A DNA stretch of 62,460 bases, counting the filler, from an uncultured bacterium (GTDB lineage: Bacteria; JAGOEH01): the NCBI GenBank assembly GCA_964632485.1. It is 10 parts of 10 records of this genome, joined end to end, with 100 filler letters (N's around TTAATTAATTAA, not from the genome) between each part and the next. Parts side by side here need not be neighbours in the genome. Positions count along the whole stretch, not along the records: positions 52,285 to 57,466 come from CAZWDO010000053.1; positions 57,567 to 62,460 come from CAZWDO010000054.1; 8 more parts are not named here. The stretch is one strand, 5' to 3'. Positions 54,276 through 62,460 of the stretch are shown here, in pieces. How positions within the stretch are numbered: the stretch's first letter is position 1; every line of letters starts with the position of its first letter. The notes beneath the pieces are model-generated. The model was not told the origin of the DNA and did not search any database. It was given only the letters and a program-made list of their open reading frames with translations. The position numbers were made by a program, and so were the translations under genes.

Positions 54276-56579
54276 TTAAAAGTTATAATCCACGGTCACA
54301 TTGACGGTACGCTGCAGCAAATGATTATTCATGGGCAACATGAATTGACTGTTATCATAAACATATTCCCGGGTGGGAATGTTCTGGCGATCGTAAATAT
54401 TCAAAATCTGTAATGATAAAATCAATTGGCGATCATGGGAAAAAGTGAATTCCCGGAGAATGCCGACATCGAGGTTAAAATAAAAAGGCAATTCTCCCCA
54501 ATAAACACGCGAAGTCGAGTAGTATTTATCCGCTTTGTGATAATTCGGGAATCCGCTGCCGACCACAAATTTCAGCGAGGTTTTCCATTCGGGAAAATAT
54601 CTCATCTGGTCCTGGGCGAAAATCGTCAGGGTATGAGTTTGCGCCGTAGGACGCGGGATATAACCCTTGCCGTCCCCTTTTACATTCTCCCGGGAAATCA
54701 AATAACTGTAGGTGATCCATGAATAGAGATTAGCCACCAGATTGCCGCCCATGTAGCAATCCAGGCCGCAGCCATAACCCCGCGCGTCATTCCGGCCGCT
54801 GTAAACCAGTTGCAGATCGTCTATGTAGTAGGAAATCAGATGATATAAATCCTTGTAGTAAGCCTCGATCTTAAAGATGCGACGGGTCTTGTCGAGATGT
54901 TTGATTCCCGCCACATATTCGACCGATCTCTGCGATTTTAAGCGGCGCAGGTTGTCGAAAGCGAACGGCAAGCCCGCCTGCTTGTATTCCGGCGGCTGGG
55001 CGATCAGGCCGATGCCCGCGTAGGTGGCGGTTACCGGAGTCCATTGATAATGCAGTTTTACCCGGGGCATTACCAGCATTTCATCATTTACGCCAGAGTG
55101 ACAGGCGCGGATTCCGGCTTTAAACCAGCTAATCGGGCTGATATTCCAGCGGTAACTCGCGAAAGCCGCCGCTTTATGCCAGTCATAGCCTTTTCGTTCA
55201 TCCAGTTCATGGATCGTCTCTGAAAGTCCCTCATGCGTTATCGTTTTGAACTCGGCAAGGGTATCCCTGACCAGGAGCCATTCCCACTCGATCCCGACAT
55301 GGACGCGGTTGTCCGCCTCGAATTGAAGTTTGTAATTGTACAGATCCGCTTGATAATCATCATAAAGATATTCATAGGAATACATCAGAGTATCGTTATC
55401 ATGTTTCCAAATACCATAGTCAAATTGATAATATTCCTTGAATACAGCGGTTTTTATTTGGTTTTTATTACACTCAATCTGTCGATTGAAGGCGGTGAAT
55501 TGACGGACAAAAATATTTTCACCCAGTTTCAAGCTCGTCTTGAGGGCATAGAGATACGTGTTGAAATCGGCACGTTCCTGACCCATATAATCAAAATAAT
55601 AAGCTTGACACATTTTAGGTTTCAATCTTTTATACGAAGGCAATAGATCAAATTGCTTAACATTTTGAATCGTCAAACCCTGGAAAGTGAGTCGGGAATT
55701 TAAATGCCAGGTAAACGCGACCTGCGCGTCATAGAAACGCGGCGAATAATCGCCCTTCAGATCATGAGTCCGATAAAACCAGGAAAGTCCCGCATACCTC
55801 ATCCCCACGACCACTTGCAGCGTGGGAGTCAGTTGAGTATTGAAAGCCAGATTGAAATCAAGCAGACTGGCATGGATATCCAGTGAAAAGCGTTCACTAT
55901 TCTCCTGGAAATATTCCACCTCGTTGACCGAGGAAAGTTTGTCGTTATGATAAACTTCCAGTCCGCCGGTATAGAGCAGATAATCCTTGAGCATGGATGG
56001 ATTGGCCAGACCGACATTTTCATGCATGGCCTTGCGGATCGTAACGGGATGGAAAACCTCGATACCATTTATGTAAAACAGGTTTTCGTCGAAATTGCCG
56101 CCATGGACATTATAGCGGTTGCTCATTTCGTTATTGGAAGTGACGCCGGGCAGGATTTTGATTGTCTGGTAGATGGAGTTGAACATGAAGGGCATACGAT
56201 TTTGAATTTTCTTCTCAATCACGTAGTTGAACGGCTGGACCGACGCATTGACCTGGGCGATCACGGAGACTGTATCGAGAGAAATTGAGCGGGTGGATAA
56301 TAGTATTGTCATGGAAGTTGCCTTAACTTCGAGTATCGTATCCTGATATGCAATGTGGGATACGCGGAGTTTTGTATTCATTGGTATTTTTTCCAGGACA
56401 AAATTACCCGCGCTGTCCGTGGTAGTCCCCTTTAACTTATAAAGTGATAAAATATTGACCCGCGCGATAGGTTCGCCGCTGGACTGATCCCGGATCACCC
56501 CGGTAACTGTGCGGGCCAATAAGATCGTGGAAAATAAAAATATTATTATGATTACTTGCAGTTTACTTTGCATAAACAC
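54276..56579 (-). CDS. TonB-dependent receptor-like protein with N-terminal carboxypeptidase-regulatory-like domain (module A)
   Basis: VTGVIRD, ILPGVTSNNEMS.RYNVHGGNFDENLFYINGIEV plug region; terminal DYNF. Confidence 0.9.
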   Translation of the reverse strand: MFMQSKLQVIIIIFLFSTILLARTVTGVIRDQSSGEPIARVNILSLYKLKGTTTDSAGNFVLEKIPMNTKLRVSHIAYQDTILEVKATSMTILLSTRSISLDTVSVIAQVNASVQPFNYVIEKKIQNRMPFMFNSIYQTIKILPGVTSNNEMSNRYNVHGGNFDENLFYINGIEVFHPVTIRKAMHENVGLANPSMLKDYLLYTGGLEVYHNDKLSSVNEVEYFQENSERFSLDIHASLLDFNLAFNTQLTPTLQVVVGMRYAGLSWFYRTHDLKGDYSPRFYDAQVAFTWHLNSRLTFQGLTIQNVKQFDLLPSYKRLKPKMCQAYYFDYMGQERADFNTYLYALKTSLKLGENIFVRQFTAFNRQIECNKNQIKTAVFKEYYQFDYGIWKHDNDTLMYSYEYLYDDYQADLYNYKLQFEADNRVHVGIEWEWLLVRDTLAEFKTITHEGLSETIHELDERKGYDWHKAAAFASYRWNISPISWFKAGIRACHSGVNDEMLVMPRVKLHYQWTPVTATYAGIGLIAQPPEYKQAGLPFAFDNLRRLKSQRSVEYVAGIKHLDKTRRIFKIEAYYKDLYHLISYYIDDLQLVYSGRNDARGYGCGLDCYMGGNLVANLYSWITYSYLISRENVKGDGKGYIPRPTAQTHTLTIFAQDQMRYFPEWKTSLKFVVGSGFPNYHKADKYYSTSRVYWGELPFYFNLDVGILREFTFSHDRQLILSLQILNIYDRQNIPTREYVYDNSQFMLPMNNHLLQRTVNVTVDYNF

Positions 56580-56677
56580 CTTTATACGGGATTTATTTTG
56601 TTTGAATACTTAACAAAGTCAAACGAACAATCAAAGATACAATGATAGAAGATTGTATTCATAACTTAATGCCGGAA

Positions 56678-57103
56678 TCATTTAATTAACTTTGAACTAT
56701 CTTCAATCACTATAGTGATATTGCTAATTGACATATAATCTTCATAATCCTTGATTCGTAAAAGAATAGTATAGATGCCTGGATTATTATAAATATGTTT
56801 TACTTTGATAAAATTATTTTGAATTTGGTTAAAATTCGTCGAATCCCATTCAAATGTTGTATCAACAATATCAAGGCTTAACGATTTTATACCATTATAG
56901 GTTATGAATCCACCCAAAAATTCTATTTCCTGTCCAACAAACAAGGTATCATTATGTTGAGGATTGAATATATAGGTTCTAGGATATGAAACAAGAAATG
57001 TAATTTGTTTGTCGCATGTTTCTTTGCTGCAATAAAAGAATATTAAGATAGCAGGAATTAATAAATACAATCCAAAGTGTATTGTTTTAAGTAATTTTAG
57101 CAT
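56678..57103 (-). CDS. PKD/Ig-like lipoprotein (module A)
   Basis: GAAAGGA RBS; FFYC-SK lipobox-like site; KHIYNNPGIYTI PKD motif. Confidence 0.75.
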   Translation of the reverse strand: MLKLLKTIHFGLYLLIPAILIFFYCSKETCDKQITFLVSYPRTYIFNPQHNDTLFVGQEIEFLGGFITYNGIKSLSLDIVDTTFEWDSTNFNQIQNNFIKVKHIYNNPGIYTILLRIKDYEDYMSISNITIVIEDSSKLIK

Positions 57104-57129
57104 TGTTATTTCCTTTCTGTAATGTAAAA

Positions 57130-57165
57130 GACAGCATAATCTTGACGATTTAAGTTTATGCTGTC
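57130..57165 (-). promoter_or_regulatory. Intergenic stem-loop, module A
   Basis: GACAGCATAA...TTATGCTGTC. Confidence 0.7.
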
Positions 57166-57189
57166 CGCTATTCAAAGTAGTTTTAATAG

Positions 57190-57466
57190 TTAATTAATAA
57201 CTGTAAGATCATTCGTAAGCGCTTTTTTAATTTCAAAATATTCCATGTGTCCATTTTTTAAATATAATAAACCATAATCAACTCTAATAACATATAACCC
57301 ACTTGGTATAAGCGCTCCACTTGGATATCTACAATTCCACATTTCAAATTCAAAAACTTCATTAATCAGTTCGGGGAATTTATGAACAATAGTTTCTTTA
57401 ACTAATTGACTATTAACCCAACTTTCGTATTTTAGAAAAAATAGGATTGAATAGCAATTACTTACC
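57190..57466 (-). CDS. C-terminus of a FlgD-Ig-like protein (module A), 5' partial; absent from the ORF track
   Basis: Manual translation ...QLVKETIVHKFPELINEVFEFEMWNCRYPSGALIPSGLYVIRVDYG...LTVIN*. Confidence 0.65.
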
Positions 57467-57590
57467 NNNNNNNNNNNNNNNNNNNNNNNNNNNNNNNNNN
57501 NNNNNNNNNNTTAATTAATTAANNNNNNNNNNNNNNNNNNNNNNNNNNNNNNNNNNNNNNNNNNNNACTAAAAACATAAAGGATAGAAAG

Positions 57591-58364
57591 ATGAAGACGA
57601 TGATATATACTCTGATGATCGTGTTATGGGCTGGATTCAGCATGATTCAGGCGGCGCCTCCCGGAGGCGGCTACAACGGCTGGGGCCAACTATCCGCGGT
57701 TGTGATCGTTAAAGATTGCGATAACGATCCAATAGTTGGAATTCCGGTAACATTCCATGCCGAGATAAACGGAACAATCGATGGCAGTACGGTTCTATTG
57801 ACAGGCTATACCAATGACGATGGCTTTGTGATCTTTTCACAAACACTCAATTACTGGGGATGGGAAGAAGATCATTATATTCGAACAACAATTAACGATG
57901 AAGTCTTTACAATGTTAGCTGAGAATACTGAAAGCTCAACATCTTACAGTATTCAAGCTAAACATTGGGTAGTAAATACAAGTGTCAAAATTAAATGGGA
58001 TCAGACTCCATGGCCAAATCCTGTAACTTTATATGGACCTAAAGATATTTATGGAAGGTTCGAAGTATCACATTTGAGTGATTGGATGGTCGCGAGAGGA
58101 ACATGGAGATTCATTATCGTAAATGACCTAGGGCAACTTATCCGGACATCTTGGGTAAATTCAGGTACCATTTGCAATGGTATTTTCACTCTCAAAGTAT
58201 GGGATGGCTTGGATAGCAATGGTAATGTGCCGCCAAATGGTGTCTATCTAGTTTGCCCATCTTTAGGTTATTCGTATGACCCTGGATTTAATTGGGGCGA
58301 ACTTCCTCGGAACGGTGGATTTGCTACTCAGTATGAACAAGTAACAATATTTAGAGGTAGATAA
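57591..58364 (+). CDS. Secreted protein with Ig-like N-domain and FlgD-Ig-like C-domain (module B)
   Basis: Signal peptide; GQLIRT...WDGLDSNGNVPPNGVYLV. Confidence 0.8.
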   Translation: MKTMIYTLMIVLWAGFSMIQAAPPGGGYNGWGQLSAVVIVKDCDNDPIVGIPVTFHAEINGTIDGSTVLLTGYTNDDGFVIFSQTLNYWGWEEDHYIRTTINDEVFTMLAENTESSTSYSIQAKHWVVNTSVKIKWDQTPWPNPVTLYGPKDIYGRFEVSHLSDWMVARGTWRFIIVNDLGQLIRTSWVNSGTICNGIFTLKVWDGLDSNGNVPPNGVYLVCPSLGYSYDPGFNWGELPRNGGFATQYEQVTIFRGR

Positions 58365-58377
58365 GTAAGCTATGAAA

Positions 58378-58419
58378 GCTGCCGTTCATTCATCAATAGA
58401 ATGTTGAATGAACGGTGGC
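58378..58419 (+). promoter_or_regulatory. Intergenic stem-loop, module B
   Basis: GCTGCCGTTCATTCA...TGAATGAACGGTGGC with no T tail. Confidence 0.7.
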
Positions 58420-58434
58420 GGAAAGGAAACAAAC

Positions 58435-58854
58435 ATGTTTGTACAGCGAAAACGACGAATATTCATTGTCACTTTAATAATTTTTTATGGATCGTTTTGC
58501 TTTTATTGCAGCAAAGATGAGGATCAGGAAACAACTTTGATATTGCCGGGGTGCCATATTTTTCAACCTGCTAATAACGATACGGTTCAAGTCGGCGAAG
58601 CCGTGGATTTTTATTGCGGCTATACGATAGGGAGTTTTCCAATCACAGAAATCATATTGAACTTCGGCGATTCCACGGCAAGCTGGGATAGCGCCGCCAT
58701 TTCGCAATTTGATCCCCGAAATCCAATTATTAAACTAAAGCACGTGTATCAGGATACTGGCGCCTATATGATCCAACTTTATCTTTATGATAGGCGAAAT
58801 GGAGCGATGGCAGCCTCTACCGTCGTTGTCAGGAATTCGGCAAATTATGATTAG
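58435..58854 (+). CDS. PKD/Ig-like lipoprotein (module B)
   Basis: GAAAGGA RBS; FYC-SK; IFQPANNDT; NFGD; KHVYQDTGAY. Confidence 0.78.
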   Translation: MFVQRKRRIFIVTLIIFYGSFCFYCSKDEDQETTLILPGCHIFQPANNDTVQVGEAVDFYCGYTIGSFPITEIILNFGDSTASWDSAAISQFDPRNPIIKLKHVYQDTGAYMIQLYLYDRRNGAMAASTVVVRNSANYD

Positions 58855-61137
58855 ATTTTTCATTTTTATAGAGGTTTGCTCAATGGCTATTGGCGCCGGG
58901 TTTGCAGCCCTTCACGCGTCGACCATTACCGGCGTGATTCGGGACCTGAACAGCGGGGAAGCGATCGCCCGCGTCAACGTCCTCTCCCTCTANNNNNNNN
59001 NNCCGGGCGGTTCGCGCTCGAGGGAATTCCCCCGAACACCCGCATCCGCATCACCCATATCGCCTACCAGGACACAACCCTGGCGGCGGATGAGGATTTC
59101 ATGGACATCCAATTGATTCCCCGGGCGATTCCCATCGACACGGTCACCGTGATCGCCCGCGTGACTACCGCTCCCCAGCCGTTCCATTACGTCATCGAAC
59201 GCCAGATCCAAAACCGCATGCCCTTCATGTTCAACTCCATCTACCAGGCGCTCAAAATTCTGCCCGGCGTCACCTCCAACAATGAAATGAGCAACCGCTA
59301 CAATGTCCATGGCGGCAACTTCGATGAAAACCTCTTTTACATCAACGGCATCGAGGTTTTCCATCCCGTTACGGTCCGCAAGGCCATGCACGAAAACGTC
59401 GGTTTGGCCAACTCCTTCATGCTCGAGGATTATCTGCTCTATACCGGCGGCCTGGATGTCCATCACAACGACAAACTATCGTCGGTCAACGAAGTGGAAT
59501 ATTTCGACGAACATACGGAACGGATCACCCTGGACGTTCATGCCAGCCTGCTCGATTTCAATCTGGCCTGCAATGCGCCGCTATCGTCCAATCTGCAATT
59601 GCTGGCGGGACTCCGCTATGCGGGATTGTCCTATTTCTACCGCACGCATGATCTGAAAGGCAACTACTCGCCGCGCTTATACGACGCGCAGGCGCTGCTC
59701 ACCTGGAACCCACTCCCCGCTTTCACCCTGCAGGGTTTGGTGATCCAAAACCTGAAACAGTTTGACCTACTACCCACTTATAAACGGCTCAGGCCGCGAC
59801 CCGGCAGGGGTTACTATTTTGATTATGAAGGCAGGGATCAGGCGGATTTCAATACCAGTCTTTATTCCGTCAAGGCGAGTTGGAAACCGCGCGAAAATCT
59901 GATCGTCCGTCAATTCGCCGCTTTCAACCTTCAACATGAAGTCAACAAAAGCAACATCGAAACCGCTGTATTCAAGGATCATTATTATTTCGATTATGGG
60001 ATTTGGAAGCAGGACGACGATACGCTGATGTATTCGTATGAAACCCTTTACGATGATTATCGGGCGGACCTTTTCTGCTGGAAGCTTCAAATGGAAATCG
60101 GGAACAGCTTTCATGCCGGGGTTGAAGGGGAATGGTCCGATATTCGCGACACGCTCGCGGAATTCAAAACGATCCGCCACGACAGCCTGTCCGAAACCGT
60201 CAACGAACTGGACGAGCGCAAGGCCTACGATTGGCGTAAGGCCGCGGCCTTCGCGAGCTATCGCTGGCATGTCTCGCCGATCAGTTGGGTACAGGCTGGT
60301 ATCCGCGCCTACCATTGCGGGTTGAACGATGAAATCATGCTGATGCCGCGCATGAAGCTGCATTACCAGTTCAGCCCGGTAAGCTCTTTCTACGCGGGAA
60401 TCGGCCTGATCGCCCAGCCGCCGGAATACAAGCAGGCGGGCTTGCCGTTCGCCTATGACAACCTGCTCCGCTTAAAATCGCAGAGATCGGTCGAATATGT
60501 GGTGGGAATCAAACATCTCGACAATATCCGGCGCATTTTCAAGATCGAAGTCTATTATAAGGACTTGCATGACCTGATTTCGTACTATATCGACGATCTG
60601 CAACTGGTCTACAGCGGCCGCAACGATTCGCGAGGCTATGCCTGCGGCCTCGACGCCTATATGGGCGGCAATCTGGTGGCCAATCTCTATTCCTGGATCA
60701 CTTACAGCTTTCTGCTCTCCGAAGAGAACATCGAGGGGGACGGCAAGGGTTATATCCCGCGTCCTACGGCGCAAACTCATACCCTGACGTTTTTCGCCCA
60801 GGACCAGATGAGATATTTTCCCGAATGGAAAACCTCGCTGAAATTTGTAATCGGCAGCGGATTTCCTGATTATCATAGAGAAGACAAGTATTTTACGTTT
60901 TCGCGCGTCTATCGCGGCAGGCTGCCTTTCTATTTCAACCTGGATGTGGGCATTTCCCGCGAATTCAATTTCGCCCACGACCGGCAACTGGTCGTTTCGC
61001 TGCAAATTCTCAATATTTATGACCGACAGAATATTCCGACGCGGGAATATGTCTATGACAATTCGCAATTCCCGCTGCCCATGAACAACCATCTCCTGCA
61101 GCGAACGGCCAATCTGACGATTGACTACAATTTTTAA
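58847..61137 (+). CDS. TonB-dependent receptor-like protein (module B), split by an N gap
   Basis: Close paralog of 54276-56579; the N-terminus ITGVIRD..IARVNVLSL precedes the gap. Confidence 0.9.
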
Positions 61138-61291
61138 ATGCGCGGGGAGTCGGTTTTGACCAAGAGCTCGTGTCCTCTCCCGCGCCCATTACCTCCTTGC
61201 GGAGTTCTGCCGCTGGGTTTAGATTCATTTTTCGATCCTGTCAGGTTAAGCTATTGACAAAAAAACACCCAATTACCAAAAGGATAGTTAA

Positions 61292-61984
61292 ATGAAACGC
61301 TATTTGTTATTGATCCTGATGATGATCTTCAGCCTGCTGTTTTTTTGCAGCGATAAAGATTCTCAATCTTCATTGGTCGATGATACCAACAATTCAAGTG
61401 TAATGGAAAAAAAAGGCAAGAAAATTGAAATCACGACAAATGATTATGTTGTGATAGAAGAATTGAAGAACAAAAAAGACAAAAAACCAATGGAAAAAGC
61501 CAAACTGATTGAATTGGAATTGAAGTATTTCAGCATGGCCATGGCGTTGCTGGTTACGGAGGAAGATGTTTGCTCCCTGTTGAAAAACAATATCGCCAAG
61601 CAATTTGACGGGGATTATGATGTATTGTGGGGTACTTTAAAAGATGTGAAGCTCAATCGCGGTCAGTTTAAGAAAATGCTGGAGGCATGTTTTGATGAAT
61701 CGGCGAAAAAGTTGCTGAAAGCGGAGGATTTTGATGCGATTAAACTTCTCAATCTTGCAATACCCGTACAATTTGAGAACTGGGATGGCATATCACCATT
61801 GCTGGTTACGTATTGTCCGATAACGATCAATGATATTGATGTACAAACTCTGGAAGCTTTTGACGCTGAATTGAACGTTACGATACTCGATGCGCAAAAG
61901 GAACCCGATTTTCCGGTATTAGTGATCGGTATGAATGAGCGTGTCGATGAGAATATGATATGCCCCCCGAAAATTGGAAGTTGA
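61292..61984 (+). pseudogene. DUF3103-like lipoprotein truncated by an IS3 end
   Basis: FFC lipobox-like site; paralog of 21462-22631; similarity stops after NERVD at the IS end. Confidence 0.7.
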
Positions 61985-62073
61985 AAAGTGTGAGAAAAAG
62001 TGTTATAATAGGAAGAAGAACCTGAAAGGAGCAGATCATGAAATCATCCCGATTTTCGGTTGAGCAGGTCACG
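61956..62073 (+). mobile_element. IS3-family (IS407-like) left end with orfA start, truncated
   Basis: TGATATGCCCCCCGAAAATTGGA terminus; AAAGGAG RBS and MKSSRFSVEQV at 62038. Confidence 0.8.
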
Positions 62074-62123
62074 CCCAACATAATCGGACGTTTCGCTTCA
62101 ATGAAATACGGAAACCTAAATTT

Positions 62124-62408
62124 TTGATGTTAATCCTATCACGAAATAATTGCGTCAAATGCATCCGACATTTTGAGGAGAAACTGGCCAGCCAACTGGA
62201 GACGTATCCTGACTTGAAACTATACGTCATCGCCGGGGAATTGAATGTCGGTACTATTGGCCGTTTGATGAAAAAGTATGAATTTGATTATCAGGATATG
62301 TTGATCAATCGCGATTTTAATTTTATCCGGCGGACGGCGATGGATCGATTACCGGCTTTGTTATTGATTGACAGGGAATTGAACAAAATGAACTATTTTA
62401 AATTGTAA
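62124..62408 (+). pseudogene. Thioredoxin-fold (CxxC) protein, 5'-truncated fragment
   Basis: CVKC and PALLLID motifs. Confidence 0.5.
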
Positions 62409-62460
62409 CGGATATTCCAAGCGCATTGAATCGATAATCCATTGGGATTATGAAAGTTAG

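Noticed and set aside
11420-57566. Regularly recurring TTAATTAATTAA motif; apparent divergent arrangement of modules A and B
   Set aside because: These are artificial contig spacers, so adjacency across them is not biological.

Overview
This window is ten short contigs of a fragmented draft genome (MAG/SAG-like), joined by artificial N..TTAATTAATTAA..N spacers at 11420-11519, 18137-18236, 24217-24316, 30095-30194, 35776-35875, 41456-41555, 46842-46941, 52185-52284 and 57467-57566. Adjacency across spacers therefore has no biological meaning. T9SS-type C-terminal sorting domains, FISUMP domains and TonB-dependent receptors, together with TTGACA-N17-TATA(A/T)T promoters and ordinary Shine-Dalgarno sites, suggest a non-Bacteroidota member of the FCB group (for example KSB1/Calditrichota-like; inference). 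The DNA is accessory and riddled with IS ends and truncated genes. Most notable: (1) two paralogous modules of secreted FlgD-Ig-like protein, stem-loop, PKD lipoprotein and TonB-dependent receptor, with variable front genes and a conserved receptor; (2) an exact 1641-bp promoter-plus-gene unit (AAA-ATPase/PD-(D/E)XK) duplicated around a Na/Pi cotransporter; (3) fic and an AAA ATPase each preceded by an 89-bp copy of a type III mod gene 3' end; (4) an integron-like serine-hydrolase cassette; (5) an operon of giant T9SS type B protein, PorP-OmpA fusion and TPR/CHAT protein, with a 10-bp repeat in the 5' coding region; (6) a ~16% GC CAP-domain fragment. All family calls come from reading motifs by eye; no searches were run.
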